A stretch of 64,000 nucleotides of DNA from an uncultured virus (IMG/VR IMGVR_UViG_3300021426_000082) (Duplodnaviria; Heunggongvirae; Uroviricota; Caudoviricetes). The stretch is taken from the IMG/VR virus record IMGVR_UViG_3300021426_000082. One strand, given 5' to 3'. The translations under genes and the position numbers were made by a program. The notes under the pieces are model-generated. The model was not told where the DNA came from. It saw only the letters and a list, made by a program, of their open reading frames with translations, and searched no databases. Below, one piece after another: positions 1-9,922 of the stretch (positions are counted from its first letter, which is position 1; every line of letters starts with the position of its first letter).

Positions 1-94
1 TAATTGAAAACCCCACTGTGTTAAAAACGGTTGTGGTACTTCCGAAAGATGGGTGTATCAAAGCGTGGGCTGAAGCTATAGGAGAAGGGCAGAA

Positions 95-235
95 ATGACA
101 TACACACAGCATTTGATCAAAAATTGGAAAGTGGCATTTCACGCGCTGCACGACTTCTTTGCACACTTCATTCATGGTCTGTTCCCGTGGATAAAGATAC
201 AGCATCATCAACCATATCAGAAAGGTGGTGAGTAA
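95..235 (+). CDS. small hypothetical protein (46 aa, not in ORF track)
   Basis: GGAGAAGG RBS then ATG at 95; open to TAA 233-235 (MTYTQHLIKNW...), abutting the next start. Confidence 0.5.
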   Translation: MTYTQHLIKNWKVAFHALHDFFAHFIHGLFPWIKIQHHQPYQKGGE

Positions 236-658
236 ATGAGTTGGGGAATAGCAGACACGGCTCCTGAGATTGAAAAGATTAAAACTGAATCGGCGGATTA
301 TCTTAACGGTCTAAATAGCTGTGGTGTGATTGATTATGATACATATTCATACGCTTTTGATTTTTATGCTGATTTAATTGATAAAGCGTATTCTCTGGGA
401 AAAAAAGAATCAGAATGGATTCTTTGCAGTAAACGTATGCCAGAGGAACATGAATGGATTGGAACCAAAAGGTTCGGCACAACGATTTCGGATGAGGTTT
501 ACGTTACATTCGAAGCACCTGACGGGCAGCGATTTACAAAACATATCAGTTTTCAAAACGGCAAGTTAAGTCATGCAGATGAGAAGACGATGCAAGTATG
601 GTTTAAAGGCGCAAAACCGATAGCATGGAAACCACAGCCAGAACCGTATAAAGGATAG
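236..658 (+). CDS. phage hypothetical protein with DUF551-like C-terminal motif
   Basis: EWILCSKRMPE...IAWKPQPEPY signature. Confidence 0.6.
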   Translation: MSWGIADTAPEIEKIKTESADYLNGLNSCGVIDYDTYSYAFDFYADLIDKAYSLGKKESEWILCSKRMPEEHEWIGTKRFGTTISDEVYVTFEAPDGQRFTKHISFQNGKLSHADEKTMQVWFKGAKPIAWKPQPEPYKG

Positions 659-706
659 CATGATATGGCGCAGTTACCGTGTTGGAGTAGAAAAGGAGTA
701 AGAAGC

Positions 707-1228
707 ATGGGAAAGAAATATATCATCGAGTTACCGGAAAATACACATTGGGTTCAGTGGATTATGGAAGGGACAGAAGACCATCATCCGTACATGGATT
801 TTAAGAGTGTGGAAGACCTGACACCCTACACCGAACCAGGCCTTGAGCAGATCAGGAAAGAGGCGTATGACAATGGGTATCATGACGGGTGTAACGCTTG
901 CTATGAAACTGCAAAAGACCTTATGGAAAAGAAAAAGGATGAAGCCTATAAGCGTGGTCTTGCCGACGCATGGGAAGCGGCGAGGAAGATACACCGCATG
1001 CCGGAAGGGGATATTCTCGATTTATTCCCAGATTGTTATGCAGCGGTATGCACTGCGGCGCAGGCAATCCTCAAGTATGACGCTTCCGAAGCAATCGCGA
1101 AGCTGAAAGTTTACGAGCAGGAGCAGGAAGATGATGCGTGTCGAGACAAAGAGAAAGTAATATCATTAGCTAATGATATTGGGATTCATAAATTATATGC
1201 ACTTGCAAGGGAGATTCGTGGCGAATGA
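707..1228 (+). CDS. phage hypothetical protein
   Basis: AAGGAG RBS before ATG 707; ATGA overlap with the next gene. Confidence 0.65.
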   Translation: MGKKYIIELPENTHWVQWIMEGTEDHHPYMDFKSVEDLTPYTEPGLEQIRKEAYDNGYHDGCNACYETAKDLMEKKKDEAYKRGLADAWEAARKIHRMPEGDILDLFPDCYAAVCTAAQAILKYDASEAIAKLKVYEQEQEDDACRDKEKVISLANDIGIHKLYALAREIRGE

Positions 1229-1908
1229 GTCATAAAATTGACATGATAGGAAAAAGATTTACAAGGCTTGTCGTAGTTTCCGAAAGTAAACCGCATATAA
1301 AACCTTCTGGGCAAAAGGTGGCCATGTACAAATGCTTATGTGATTGCGGAAACTTTACAATCGTACCTGGGACACATCTTCGGAGTGGACATTCTCAAAG
1401 TTGTGGGTGTCTGAAAGCAGAACAGGAAAAGCATGGAACAACAAGGCTTGCGAGAATATGGCGCAATATGATCCAACGGTGTAATGACCCAAATAGCGCG
1501 TCATACAAAAGGTATGGAGCAAAGGGAATAACTGTTTGCGATTCGTGGATAGAGAGTTATGAGATTTTTAAAGCGTGGGCGAAGAAGGCAGGATATGAAG
1601 ACGGGCTTACACTTGACAGGATTGACAATACAAAAGGGTATGAGCCTGTAAATTGCAGATGGGCGACATATAAAGAACAGGCAAACAACAAAAGTAATAA
1701 TCTCCTTTTGACGTACAAAGGAGAAACGCATACGGCATCGGAATGGGCAGATGTTTACGGTATTGATGTTTTTAAAATTTACAGGAGAAAGTCAAAAGGT
1801 TGGAGCGATGATAGGATATTTGATTGGCTTGAAAGAAGCACCGGAGAAGGCCGTCATTTCCCCGAAATCGCAGCAGTCCTTGAGAAAATGCGAGGTGAGC
1901 AGGGATGA
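1225..1908 (+). CDS. HNH homing endonuclease
   Basis: IGKRFTRL..CLCDCG..SCGC, WRNMIQRC, YGAKGITVC, LTLDRIDNTKGYEPVNCRWAT motifs. Confidence 0.85.
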   Translation: MSHKIDMIGKRFTRLVVVSESKPHIKPSGQKVAMYKCLCDCGNFTIVPGTHLRSGHSQSCGCLKAEQEKHGTTRLARIWRNMIQRCNDPNSASYKRYGAKGITVCDSWIESYEIFKAWAKKAGYEDGLTLDRIDNTKGYEPVNCRWATYKEQANNKSNNLLLTYKGETHTASEWADVYGIDVFKIYRRKSKGWSDDRIFDWLERSTGEGRHFPEIAAVLEKMRGEQG

Positions 1909-2177
1909 TTGATGCGGGTACGATTTTGGAAGTTACAAGAAATCTGATAGGTGATACCGAACCATACGGCGATTCTGACATTGACAGAGAACGGACGCAG
2001 AATCTCGACAAACTGATTTATATCATTGATGAACTTCTCTATGACGTTGAGAAGGTGGCAGTTAACAAAAATCGTCACGAAGGCTCTATGCGGATGATGG
2101 GCGAAAAGGCACATAAAGCACTGAATGATTATTGGAGTTGGATTGAAGGCTACTTGAGGGATGAACGGGATGGATGA
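1905..2177 (+). CDS. phage hypothetical protein
   Basis: overlapping ORF in operon; GAGGTG RBS. Confidence 0.6.
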   Translation: MIDAGTILEVTRNLIGDTEPYGDSDIDRERTQNLDKLIYIIDELLYDVEKVAVNKNRHEGSMRMMGEKAHKALNDYWSWIEGYLRDERDG

Positions 2178-2562
2178 CTTGATTAGCATACGGCAGGCGA
2201 TTGAAGCACTAAAAATTTGCGATGCCAACTATGACGGTACTAACTGCGATAAATGTCCGTTAAGAGACGATAGGTGGAATGGTGCATGGTGGGATGATGA
2301 AACTGATTGTCACACAAAACTGATGCGTGATACGGCGAAACTGTTAGAAACGTTGTCGTCACAGCCAGAACGTAAGAAGGGGAAGTGGGTATTCAACAAT
2401 GGACTAAAACAGTTTTTCTGCGACCAATGTGGCGAACCGTCATTAACTTATGATGATATTTATATTTACGGCATGGATTTTACAAATTTCTGCCCGAACT
2501 GTGGAGCAGATATGAGATATGAGCAGGATCAAAAAGAGGAAAAACAAAAGGAAAAAGCATGA
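2161..2562 (+). CDS. Zn-ribbon hypothetical protein
   Basis: KGKW..CDQCG...NFCPNCGADM motif typical of Firmicutes phages. Confidence 0.65.
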   Translation: MNGMDDLISIRQAIEALKICDANYDGTNCDKCPLRDDRWNGAWWDDETDCHTKLMRDTAKLLETLSSQPERKKGKWVFNNGLKQFFCDQCGEPSLTYDDIYIYGMDFTNFCPNCGADMRYEQDQKEEKQKEKA

Positions 2563-3152
2563 GTAAGCTATACTGGCAACGAAAAAGAAAAGGACTATGT
2601 ACGCATTGCGGAAAACCGAATGACACAAATACTGTGTTATGTGAAGAGTGCCGTGTGTATGTAAGGGGACTGCAAAGGGAACGGACCGAATATAAACGCA
2701 GGATAGGTCAATGTATATATTGCAGCGAAAAAGCTATTGAGGGATCGTCCTGCTGTGAAAAGCACGAAGAATATTTCTGGAACAAGAACGCAAGCAGGAA
2801 ATATAGAAAATACCTTAAAACGCGGTATGACAGACTGAAAAGCCAGGGCATTTGCGTTACATGCGGGAAAAGAAAAGCTGACGCGGGTGTGAGGTGTGCT
2901 ACGTGTGCAGCAAAATATAAATCCTATCCAAAAGAGCGAATGAAAATGAAATATCAGGGCCGTGTGAATAATGGCCTTTGCCCAAGGTGCGGACAGGAAG
3001 CCCAGGGGGATATGAAAATATGTCCTGACTGCCGAAAAAAAGCAATGGAAAAATATTACAAACAGAAGGAACTGCGCAAACAGGGGGAAATAACGAATGG
3101 CAGGAAACAAGCAGTATATCCGTATGGTCAAAGAGTTCCGCAGACGGGTTGA
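2559..3152 (+). CDS. multi-Zn-finger repeat protein
   Basis: four GxCxxC...CxxC/H units separated by basic helices. Confidence 0.65.
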   Translation: MSKLYWQRKRKGLCTHCGKPNDTNTVLCEECRVYVRGLQRERTEYKRRIGQCIYCSEKAIEGSSCCEKHEEYFWNKNASRKYRKYLKTRYDRLKSQGICVTCGKRKADAGVRCATCAAKYKSYPKERMKMKYQGRVNNGLCPRCGQEAQGDMKICPDCRKKAMEKYYKQKELRKQGEITNGRKQAVYPYGQRVPQTG

Positions 3153-3381
3153 ACATATCGTACCTCAGTGTTACGCATGTATCGCGCTTGCCTTGCACCG
3201 AGAGTTCGGATGGGGGTTCACCAGGATAAACAGATTGTTCGTGAGTTCTCAGGAAATATGGAACGAATCAATAGAACGTGATATTGATATGGTGCAGATG
3301 TGTCTGGATGAAACAGGAATAGAGTGCAGGTCAGCAGTTGAGCATGATCATTTGCAAGGAGAAAGAAAGGGAAATGGATGA
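3097..3381 (+). CDS. phage hypothetical protein
   Basis: ALHREFGWGFTRINRL motif; RBS present. Confidence 0.6.
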   Translation: MAGNKQYIRMVKEFRRRVEHIVPQCYACIALALHREFGWGFTRINRLFVSSQEIWNESIERDIDMVQMCLDETGIECRSAVEHDHLQGERKGNG

Positions 3382-3812
3382 ACAATCTGAAACCGTTATT
3401 TACTTCAAAATCTGATGAATGGTCGACTCCACAGGATATATATGACAAACTCAATAAGGAGTTTTGTTTTACGCTCGACCCATGCGCCACGGTTGAAAAC
3501 TATAAATGCAATACGTTTTTTACCATAGAACAAAACGGTTTATTGCAAAATTGGGGGGGGCAAACAGTGTTCTGTAATCCTCCATACTCACAGATTGGTT
3601 TATGGGTTGAAAAAGCGTTTAGAGAAAGCAGAAAAGATAATACAGTTGTCGTGCTTTTGGTTCCGTCCAGAACAGACACAAAGTATTTTCACAATTTCAT
3701 CTATCACAGAGCAGAAATACGGTTTATACGGGGCAGGCTGAAATTTGGGGACAGTAAAAATTATGCCCCATTCCCGTCAATGGTAGTTATCTTTCGCGGG
3801 GCATACACATAA
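3378..3812 (+). CDS. phage Dam-type DNA N6-adenine methyltransferase
   Basis: SDEWSTPQ, LDPCA, FCNPPYS, VPSRTDT, FIRGRLKFG. Confidence 0.9.
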   Translation: MNNLKPLFTSKSDEWSTPQDIYDKLNKEFCFTLDPCATVENYKCNTFFTIEQNGLLQNWGGQTVFCNPPYSQIGLWVEKAFRESRKDNTVVVLLVPSRTDTKYFHNFIYHRAEIRFIRGRLKFGDSKNYAPFPSMVVIFRGAYT

Positions 3813-3825
3813 ATGGAAGGCATCA

Positions 3826-4479
3826 ATGGTAGCTAAGACAAAAGAACAAAGAGACTATTGTAAGGAACACGGCATCTGTACTTACTGTGGGAAACCAAAG
3901 GAAGATGACAGGTTCCTAAGATGTGTAGAGTGCAGAAAAAGATTTGCAACAGAACAGCAGAAACGTCGTGAACAATATAGAAAGCTGGGGCTATGTGTTG
4001 AATGTGGCAAGGTCCCTGTGTTCTGCGGCGACAAGCGGTGCGAGAAATGCAAAGAAAAACAGGATTTATACAACGCACATGCCAATAGGACAAAAGAACA
4101 GTGGCGGAAAGCGAACAGGGACCGTTATTACAGACTGAAATCAAAAGGACTGTGTACCAAGTGCGGAAGTCGTAAAGCTATGAAATGGGGGCTGTGTATA
4201 GATTGCTATGTCAAAGACAAAAGAAGGCCCACACGATCAAAGAACGGGATACCGCGCGAACAATGGGGGGAGTACGGGCTGTGCTATTCATGCGGAAAAG
4301 AAAAGCGGATAGAAGGAAAAAAGATATGCGCTAAATGTATGAGCAACAATACCATCATGCAGGCCCGGCAATATATTAATGACCATCCCTGGGCAAAGGA
4401 CAACAACATAATATTCAAAAACAGGCGGCCAGAAGATGACCGCCTTTCACATGCTCAATCAATACAACAAGATAATTAG
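3826..4479 (+). CDS. multi-Zn-finger repeat protein (paralog of 2559-3152)
   Basis: four CxxC..CxxC units; shares RYxRLKSxGxCxxCGxRKA. Confidence 0.65.
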   Translation: MVAKTKEQRDYCKEHGICTYCGKPKEDDRFLRCVECRKRFATEQQKRREQYRKLGLCVECGKVPVFCGDKRCEKCKEKQDLYNAHANRTKEQWRKANRDRYYRLKSKGLCTKCGSRKAMKWGLCIDCYVKDKRRPTRSKNGIPREQWGEYGLCYSCGKEKRIEGKKICAKCMSNNTIMQARQYINDHPWAKDNNIIFKNRRPEDDRLSHAQSIQQDN

Positions 4480-4628
4480 AATAGCACAACATGATTTATA
4501 ATACCGCAGAAAACGCGTATTGAGCGCATCCAGCCGTTTTAAGCGGCCGCAGGTAGAAATATAAGGCGGAACGTAACGCGCCCTATATCGGCATTTAAGA
4601 GAAGTTTCAACACAAATTATTAACCAGC

Positions 4629-4684
4629 AAAAAAAGACGCATTGAAAAGCCGTTTACAAACGGACCTTCAATGCGTCTCATTTC
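4629..4684. terminator. bidirectional intrinsic terminator between convergent operons
   Basis: A-tract, AGACGCATTGAA...TTCAATGCGTCT stem, T-tract. Confidence 0.6.
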
Positions 4685-4747
4685 TCAGATATGCTATCAC
4701 ATAACTAAGTTACTACACTTAAAAGATAGCATATTAAACTGCCTGTG

Positions 4748-4990
4748 TCAATCAATCCTCCGGAAACCATCCACCATGTAAATGACACCAAGGCAACTGC
4801 CATTGTCCCAATTTACGTGTACGGTACCTGTGTCGTCAACGCCGATCACTGTACCTTCTGTTCCGATTGGCGGGGCCTGCGGGTCGTCCATGTGGGTGAG
4901 TTCCACACGACAGCCCCTGGGGAAATTATCTCTAAGCATATCAATAGTTCCGCGTGTTAACGTTCTCATATTAACCTTAGATAGTCTCAT
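4748..4990 (-). CDS. DUF4314-like protein
   Basis: FPRGCRVEL..MDDPQAPPIGTEGTV..VDD.G.VHVNWDNGS.LG. Confidence 0.8.
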   Translation of the reverse strand: MRLSKVNMRTLTRGTIDMLRDNFPRGCRVELTHMDDPQAPPIGTEGTVIGVDDTGTVHVNWDNGSCLGVIYMVDGFRRID

Positions 4991-5076
4991 ATAATCCTCC
5001 TTTAAATGTTTTTTGTAACGCCTACTATTCTTCGGACTTCCGACTTAACGGCCACCTTTCGGCAGTTCTGAAACAT

Positions 5077-5262
5077 TCAAGGACGGTCTGTAAAGATGCT
5101 GACCATTGGCTTTCCCGTATCGGGGTCAACCTGCGCCCAATCAATCCGCTCGGTCTGATAACAGACCTTATAACCGATACCGGGATAATACGGATTGTTT
5201 GCAAAGCAGCGTTCCTGGTCGCAACCTTCACACCTGCCCTTGCAGATGTAAAGTTTTTTCAA
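5077..5262 (-). CDS. hypothetical protein
   Basis: RBS GGAGG; overlaps upstream ORF. Confidence 0.5.
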   Translation of the reverse strand: MKKLYICKGRCEGCDQERCFANNPYYPGIGYKVCYQTERIDWAQVDPDTGKPMVSIFTDRP

Positions 5263-5507
5263 GATGCACCTCCTTCTGTGTCAATAAGCTCTATCTCGTC
5301 ATAGCCGCAGTGATAGCGGTTGTGGTATTCTCTGTTATTCACTTTCGGAAAATCATCAAAAGAGAATTGAACAAAGATTCTTTGCAGTTCCGTAATGGTG
5401 ATGGTGGAACCATACCAGGGATTGTCCTTGCATGGTTCCATTGTCCGGAAATCAATAGGTTTATAGATGGCTTTTGCCCCTGCTTTTAATCTGGTGTCCA
5501 CGATCAA
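5259..5507 (-). CDS. hypothetical protein
   Basis: RBS GGAGGTG; operon context. Confidence 0.55.
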   Translation of the reverse strand: MIVDTRLKAGAKAIYKPIDFRTMEPCKDNPWYGSTITITELQRIFVQFSFDDFPKVNNREYHNRYHCGYDEIELIDTEGGAS

Positions 5508-5798
5508 TCACCTCCCGCGCTTGTAAAGCCCTAAGTAATAATAGTGATCATCATTGCGGCCGAACGCCATGTAAAGGGAAGCACCGTTTCTGTCACACGA
5601 ATGAGGTTCTCCCATAAGGAAACCTGCGTTCATATAGACTGAAAACTTCTTGTAAGTCTCAGTCACCGCGACCCTGGGTAATCTGTACGGCGGCAGGCAG
5701 TTAAGCATCTCCTCATAGATGTCTGCATCAATCTCCTGTCCGGGAACAGCAGAAAACGTCCTGTCATTGGCCCAATCATCAGTTGTATAGATGTTCAT
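5508..5798 (-). CDS. hypothetical protein
   Basis: RBS GGAGG; IYEEMLNCLPP..GFLMGEP. Confidence 0.6.
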   Translation of the reverse strand: MNIYTTDDWANDRTFSAVPGQEIDADIYEEMLNCLPPYRLPRVAVTETYKKFSVYMNAGFLMGEPHSCDRNGASLYMAFGRNDDHYYYLGLYKRGR

Positions 5799-5812
5799 CT
5801 CATAACCTCCTT

Positions 5813-6406
5813 TCATAAATCAATCAGTTCTGCGGCATTGAGAAGAACCTTCTCAATTTTCTCGTCGCTGATATTAAGGTATCGTGCCGTGGTAGCGGCA
5901 GAAGAGTGCTGTAAAAGCCTGCGGACCAGCTCTAAGTCGTGGCCGCTTGCCTCATAAGCATTTGTGCCGAACGTCTTTCTCGCGCTGTGACTGCTGACGT
6001 TCCTGAAGTCGTCGCCTAAAACGTCGCACGCTTTTTTGATCGTCTTGGATACGGCCCTGGATGTGATAGGGAAAAGCAGTTCGTCATCAGCGATATGATT
6101 TTCTTCTGCGTAGGTTCTCAGAAACTTAATGATGCAGGCCGGGACCAAAAAGCACCGCGCTTTGCCTGTTTTCTGTTCCTTGATATTGAAATAGTATTTG
6201 TTTCCGGACTTAACAAAAGAAGTAAGTCGAAGCTGTAACACGTCGCCCAGCCTGATTCCGGTCGTCTTTTCAATCTGAATGATAGCGGCTACACGCGGAT
6301 TGGGCTCGATGCGCTTTCCGGTTTTTCCACCTGTACCGTTAGCAATAGTTCTGATCAATGCTTTATACATGTTGTCGTCCATAGCGACTGTTTTCTTGTT
6401 TGCCAT
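5813..6406 (-). CDS. minimal tyrosine recombinase (catalytic domain only, XerC/D-like)
   Basis: TGIRLGD (R), EQKTGK (K), HSARK (HxxR), LQH, TARY (Y); 197 aa, no arm-binding domain. Confidence 0.9.
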   Translation of the reverse strand: MANKKTVAMDDNMYKALIRTIANGTGGKTGKRIEPNPRVAAIIQIEKTTGIRLGDVLQLRLTSFVKSGNKYYFNIKEQKTGKARCFLVPACIIKFLRTYAEENHIADDELLFPITSRAVSKTIKKACDVLGDDFRNVSSHSARKTFGTNAYEASGHDLELVRRLLQHSSAATTARYLNISDEKIEKVLLNAAELIDL

Positions 6407-6492
6407 AATGCAACCTCCTTTTTTGATTTAATTCGCTGCCCGTTACTTTGAATGTACGGTGTGTAGCGTTACAGGGCTTTAATGCCCTGTCA

Positions 6493-6690
6493 TCAGCTTT
6501 CAGCGCTTTTATTCTCTGCCGTGATAGCTGATAATTCATAGCTGTCAATTTCATCCGCACTCAGCCTCCGGTCATACACAAGAATGTCATGGTATCTGCC
6601 GGTGTTATCATCTTCTCTGCGGATCAATCCGCGCATCGGCTGGCAACCGATTGAGAAACCACGCAGCCGCATGCCGTATTTAAATTCCAT
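6493..6690 (-). CDS. stand-alone DarA C-terminal-like domain (defence against restriction)
   Basis: YGMRLRGFSIGCQP...GRYHDILVYDRRLS..E..SYEL resembles DarA_C, recalled from memory. Confidence 0.6.
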   Translation of the reverse strand: MEFKYGMRLRGFSIGCQPMRGLIRREDDNTGRYHDILVYDRRLSADEIDSYELSAITAENKSAES

Positions 6691-6856
6691 CTGCGTCTCC
6701 TTTCGAATTTTGTTCAATGGTATCGACTGTGTAATGTTCAATGTTGTCATCTGTCTCGATAGCGTGGTGGAAAAATCCGAACCATGTTTTTGCGGAAACG
6801 GTTTCTTCTGTTACGGTTCCGTCAATCCATTCAATGTAAACACGGAAATGTCTCAT
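6680..6856 (-). CDS. hypothetical protein
   Basis: ATG at 6856 with RBS AAGGGGTG; coupled to neighbours. Confidence 0.5.
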   Translation of the reverse strand: MRHFRVYIEWIDGTVTEETVSAKTWFGFFHHAIETDDNIEHYTVDTIEQNSKGDADGI

Positions 6857-7134
6857 ACCGTCACCCCTTTCAGAATTTTCTTTACGCAGGTGTCGAACCT
6901 TTTGATTGCTTTTTCTGCATCGTACTGGAATAACCAAGACTTGATTTCCATGCTGGGCTGTTCGGCTTCCACAACGAAGATTGCTCCGATAGGTGTCTGC
7001 AGCTTGTAAAGCCATGCGTGTCTTTTGCCAATGGACGCTTCTTTCAGGGTGAAGAAGCCTGCTCCTTCATCTTCCGGCTCGATTCCGCCGAAGAGCTCCC
7101 TTTCGAATAGGCCGGTATTGGTTTCGTATTTCAT
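6853..7134 (-). CDS. hypothetical protein
   Basis: AAGGAG RBS before ATG 7134. Confidence 0.55.
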   Translation of the reverse strand: MKYETNTGLFERELFGGIEPEDEGAGFFTLKEASIGKRHAWLYKLQTPIGAIFVVEAEQPSMEIKSWLFQYDAEKAIKRFDTCVKKILKGVTV

Positions 7135-7174
7135 GTCCTGTCTCCTTTCAAGATTTTTACGAAAAGGGAAGCTG

Positions 7175-7363
7175 TTACACTTCCCTGTTTTCAATTTTTG
7201 TAAAGTCGTTCCAGTTGAAGGCGTAAAGAGGAAAAATAGATTTTCCTTCCGGCCCATTAATAAATTTTTCACCGTCAAAGTATTCTACGATGTGTTCAAT
7301 GGTTCCGTCTTTGTGCTGTACTACGTCGCCTGCTTTGAGGTTGTACCATTCTTCTCTTGTCAC
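7175..7363 (-). CDS. hypothetical protein
   Basis: strong RBS, GTG start. Confidence 0.55.
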   Translation of the reverse strand: MTREEWYNLKAGDVVQHKDGTIEHIVEYFDGEKFINGPEGKSIFPLYAFNWNDFTKIENREV

Positions 7364-7377
7364 GATCCTCTCTCCTT

Positions 7378-7779
7378 TCAGATAATCTCAACTCCAAGTT
7401 TCTCTGCCGCCTGATACATAACCTGTTCAAACTCTTCTGCGTCAGCTTCATCCCATTCCTGTTCCATATCAGCAAATCCGCAAAGGGTTCTGCAGTCCTC
7501 GCCGTTCCAGGTATCGGAATTTTTGATCTTTTCAGCCACAGCTACGATTTCCATGATGTCCGTGTAGTTTCTCATGGATTCGTAAATGATGTTGCCGTCC
7601 TCGTCAACTTCTGCCTGCGCTACGTAGAAATCGGTTCTGCGCTTCCTGTCTGCCGGAGCCATGTGATACCATTCTCTTGTAGCTTCCCTGATGGCTTCTG
7701 CCTTTGTGGTTGCATCCAACTTCTCTTCAAAGATGTCAACCATGCCTGCGGTACGTTCGTCTACTAAATACCAATTCAT
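7378..7779 (-). CDS. acidic hypothetical protein
   Basis: GGAGAGG RBS; very Glu/Asp rich. Confidence 0.6.
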   Translation of the reverse strand: MNWYLVDERTAGMVDIFEEKLDATTKAEAIREATREWYHMAPADRKRRTDFYVAQAEVDEDGNIIYESMRNYTDIMEIVAVAEKIKNSDTWNGEDCRTLCGFADMEQEWDEADAEEFEQVMYQAAEKLGVEII

Positions 7780-7805
7780 TTTGCTTACCTCTCCTTTCAA
7801 AATCT

Positions 7806-7988
7806 TTATTCCTCGTTATGCTCTACGTAAACTGTCTTCCAGCCGTCAATAGCTGCGGGTCTGTCAAGGTAATCAATCGGAAGTCGCTGAATAATAAATT
7901 CTCCTTCGACATTCCAACCCCTGTACCGGTACTTCCTTGTGTCTACGATCAATTCCCGCTTGATGCGCTTGATAAACTCTTTTTTCAT
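7806..7988 (-). CDS. hypothetical protein
   Basis: AAGGAG RBS. Confidence 0.55.
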   Translation of the reverse strand: MKKEFIKRIKRELIVDTRKYRYRGWNVEGEFIIQRLPIDYLDRPAAIDGWKTVYVEHNEE

Positions 7989-8105
7989 ATCATTTCTCCT
8001 TTTAGATTATTTCAAACTATATAACTATCATCACTTTGCCTGCTCTGTATTTATCCCGGCTTGCAACGGGCCTCGGCTACATTAGGTGGCGGTATTAAAC
8101 CGCCT

Positions 8106-9248
8106 TTATTTACGCGTATTGGTCCATGTCCCGAACATTCCCTTCCGGTTCCATGCAAGGTAATTGACCACGTTTGCAATCTCTTTCTCGCTTGCATAGC
8201 CACCCTGCAGTCTAACGGGGTTCTCGGTTCCGGGCTTGACATAAAGCAGGTCTCCCTGGCCCATGAGTTTCTCGGCACCTTTGACACCTAACATTACAAC
8301 CGATCCGGTTGCATTGACTGTCTGCAGACAAACCTTGCAGGGGATGTTCTGCTTGATCAATCCGGTTACAACGTCGGCCTTGGGATACTGTGTAGCAAGT
8401 ACCATGTGAATACCGACCGCCCGCGCTTTCTGTGCGATACGAACAATGTTGTTCTCCAGGGCTTTCCTGGCCGCGTTGCTTTCCTGCTTTGCTGTCATCA
8501 TCAGGTCTGCAAGCTCGTCAATGATCAGGACCTTATACGGCATCTGACCGCCCTGTTTGTTATATTCTTTGATGTTCTTGACGCGGGCCTTTGCCAGTGT
8601 GCGGGTCCTGCGGTCCATCTCTTTTGTGAGGCTATCAAGAAGCCTGATAGCATCATCGGCATCAAATACTGTTTTGCAGCACTTTGCGCCTTCGTAGGGT
8701 GCGAACTCAACGCGCTTCGGGTCGACCAGATAAAGCTCTAAGTCGTCCGGGGTATGATTCATGAGCAGGGACAGGATCATGCAATTAATGAAAACGGATT
8801 TACCGGAACCAGTGGTTCCTGCTACTAACATATGAGGCATTTCGTTGATCCGGCCCGTGATAACGTTCCTGTTCATATCCATGCCGATGACAACATTCAG
8901 GTTATTGTCTTTCGGCAGGTATCCTAATAAATCACCCGCCAGGACTGTATCAACGCGCTTCGGCACGTCAATATTGATTGCACCGTTTTCAATGTTCATG
9001 CGCAGACCGTTAAGACCAAGAGCAATAGCGAGCTCCTTTTCAAGTCTCATAATTTTCGCTGCATAGCCAACTTCCGGAACAATACGGAAACGGGTGATCG
9101 TCGGTCCCTGTACTGCGTCGATTGTTTTTGTTTTGCACTTGCAACCCGTCAGGACCTCGGCTATTGCCTGCTTTTCATTATCGACGTTTACAACCGCCCA
9201 TCTTTTGTGACGGCTCATAACCTCATCAACCTTTGGAAACCTATACAT
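8106..9248 (-). CDS. FtsK/SpoIIIE-like DNA translocase motor (alpha and beta domains, no TM or gamma domain)
   Basis: GPTITRF alpha domain, PHMLVAGTTGSGKS Walker A, VDPKRVEF, IIDELADLM, ATQ, GAEKLMGQGDLL. Confidence 0.9.
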   Translation of the reverse strand: MYRFPKVDEVMSRHKRWAVVNVDNEKQAIAEVLTGCKCKTKTIDAVQGPTITRFRIVPEVGYAAKIMRLEKELAIALGLNGLRMNIENGAINIDVPKRVDTVLAGDLLGYLPKDNNLNVVIGMDMNRNVITGRINEMPHMLVAGTTGSGKSVFINCMILSLLMNHTPDDLELYLVDPKRVEFAPYEGAKCCKTVFDADDAIRLLDSLTKEMDRRTRTLAKARVKNIKEYNKQGGQMPYKVLIIDELADLMMTAKQESNAARKALENNIVRIAQKARAVGIHMVLATQYPKADVVTGLIKQNIPCKVCLQTVNATGSVVMLGVKGAEKLMGQGDLLYVKPGTENPVRLQGGYASEKEIANVVNYLAWNRKGMFGTWTNTRK

Positions 9249-9454
9249 TTGAAACCTCCTTTATTTCATTTTGTGCGGTGTCGATTACTTCAGAAACGGG
9301 GACGGCCTTTTGTTTCCGTCCCCTATGCTCAAATAATCGGCGGGTCGCTGTTTAACCTTACCTGTTGTCAATCTCCGCAAGTTCGCGGCAAATAATGTCA
9401 ATCATGGTCTTTCCGTCTGTCATTAGCATTGTGTCATCCTCCTCTATGATTTTT

Positions 9455-9721
9455 TTAATTGCAGAAAGCTACTTCTTCATTGTTTTCGTTAAACCAAGTC
9501 TTTACTTTTTTATATTTTGCGGACCGGATAGAATTAATCATTTCCATAATCTCATTCCAGGTATATCCGGATTTCCGCACAATAAATTCATGGTTCCAAT
9601 ATCCGTTACTTTCGTAAAACAGATACTTTACATTCTTTTGATCAAGCAATTTTACTAATGCTTTAGCATCGGCAATATATCCAAATGGATAACCGAATTT
9701 TAATGCGACCTCATTTACCAT
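9455..9721 (-). CDS. hypothetical protein
   Basis: AAGGAGG RBS; own promoter upstream. Confidence 0.6.
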   Translation of the reverse strand: MVNEVALKFGYPFGYIADAKALVKLLDQKNVKYLFYESNGYWNHEFIVRKSGYTWNEIMEMINSIRSAKYKKVKTWFNENNEEVAFCN

Positions 9722-9774
9722 ATTTCCCTCCTTAAATGTTAAATGTGATAAACAATTATGTTCTACATGTTGTA

Positions 9775-9803
9775 ATTATACCATTGTGTAATGATATATT
9801 CAA
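9775..9803 (-). promoter_or_regulatory. sigmaA-type promoter
   Basis: minus strand TTGAAT-17 bp-TATAAT with extended TG. Confidence 0.7.
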
Positions 9804-9922
9804 TAGGTACTGGTTCCTTTTTTTGATTAAAGAACCATAAAAGCATCAGCATGTATCTGGTGCTTTTATCAATCTTCAATCAAAAGGGACCGCTGATCAT
9901 TAGCGGCCCCTTTTATATGTTT

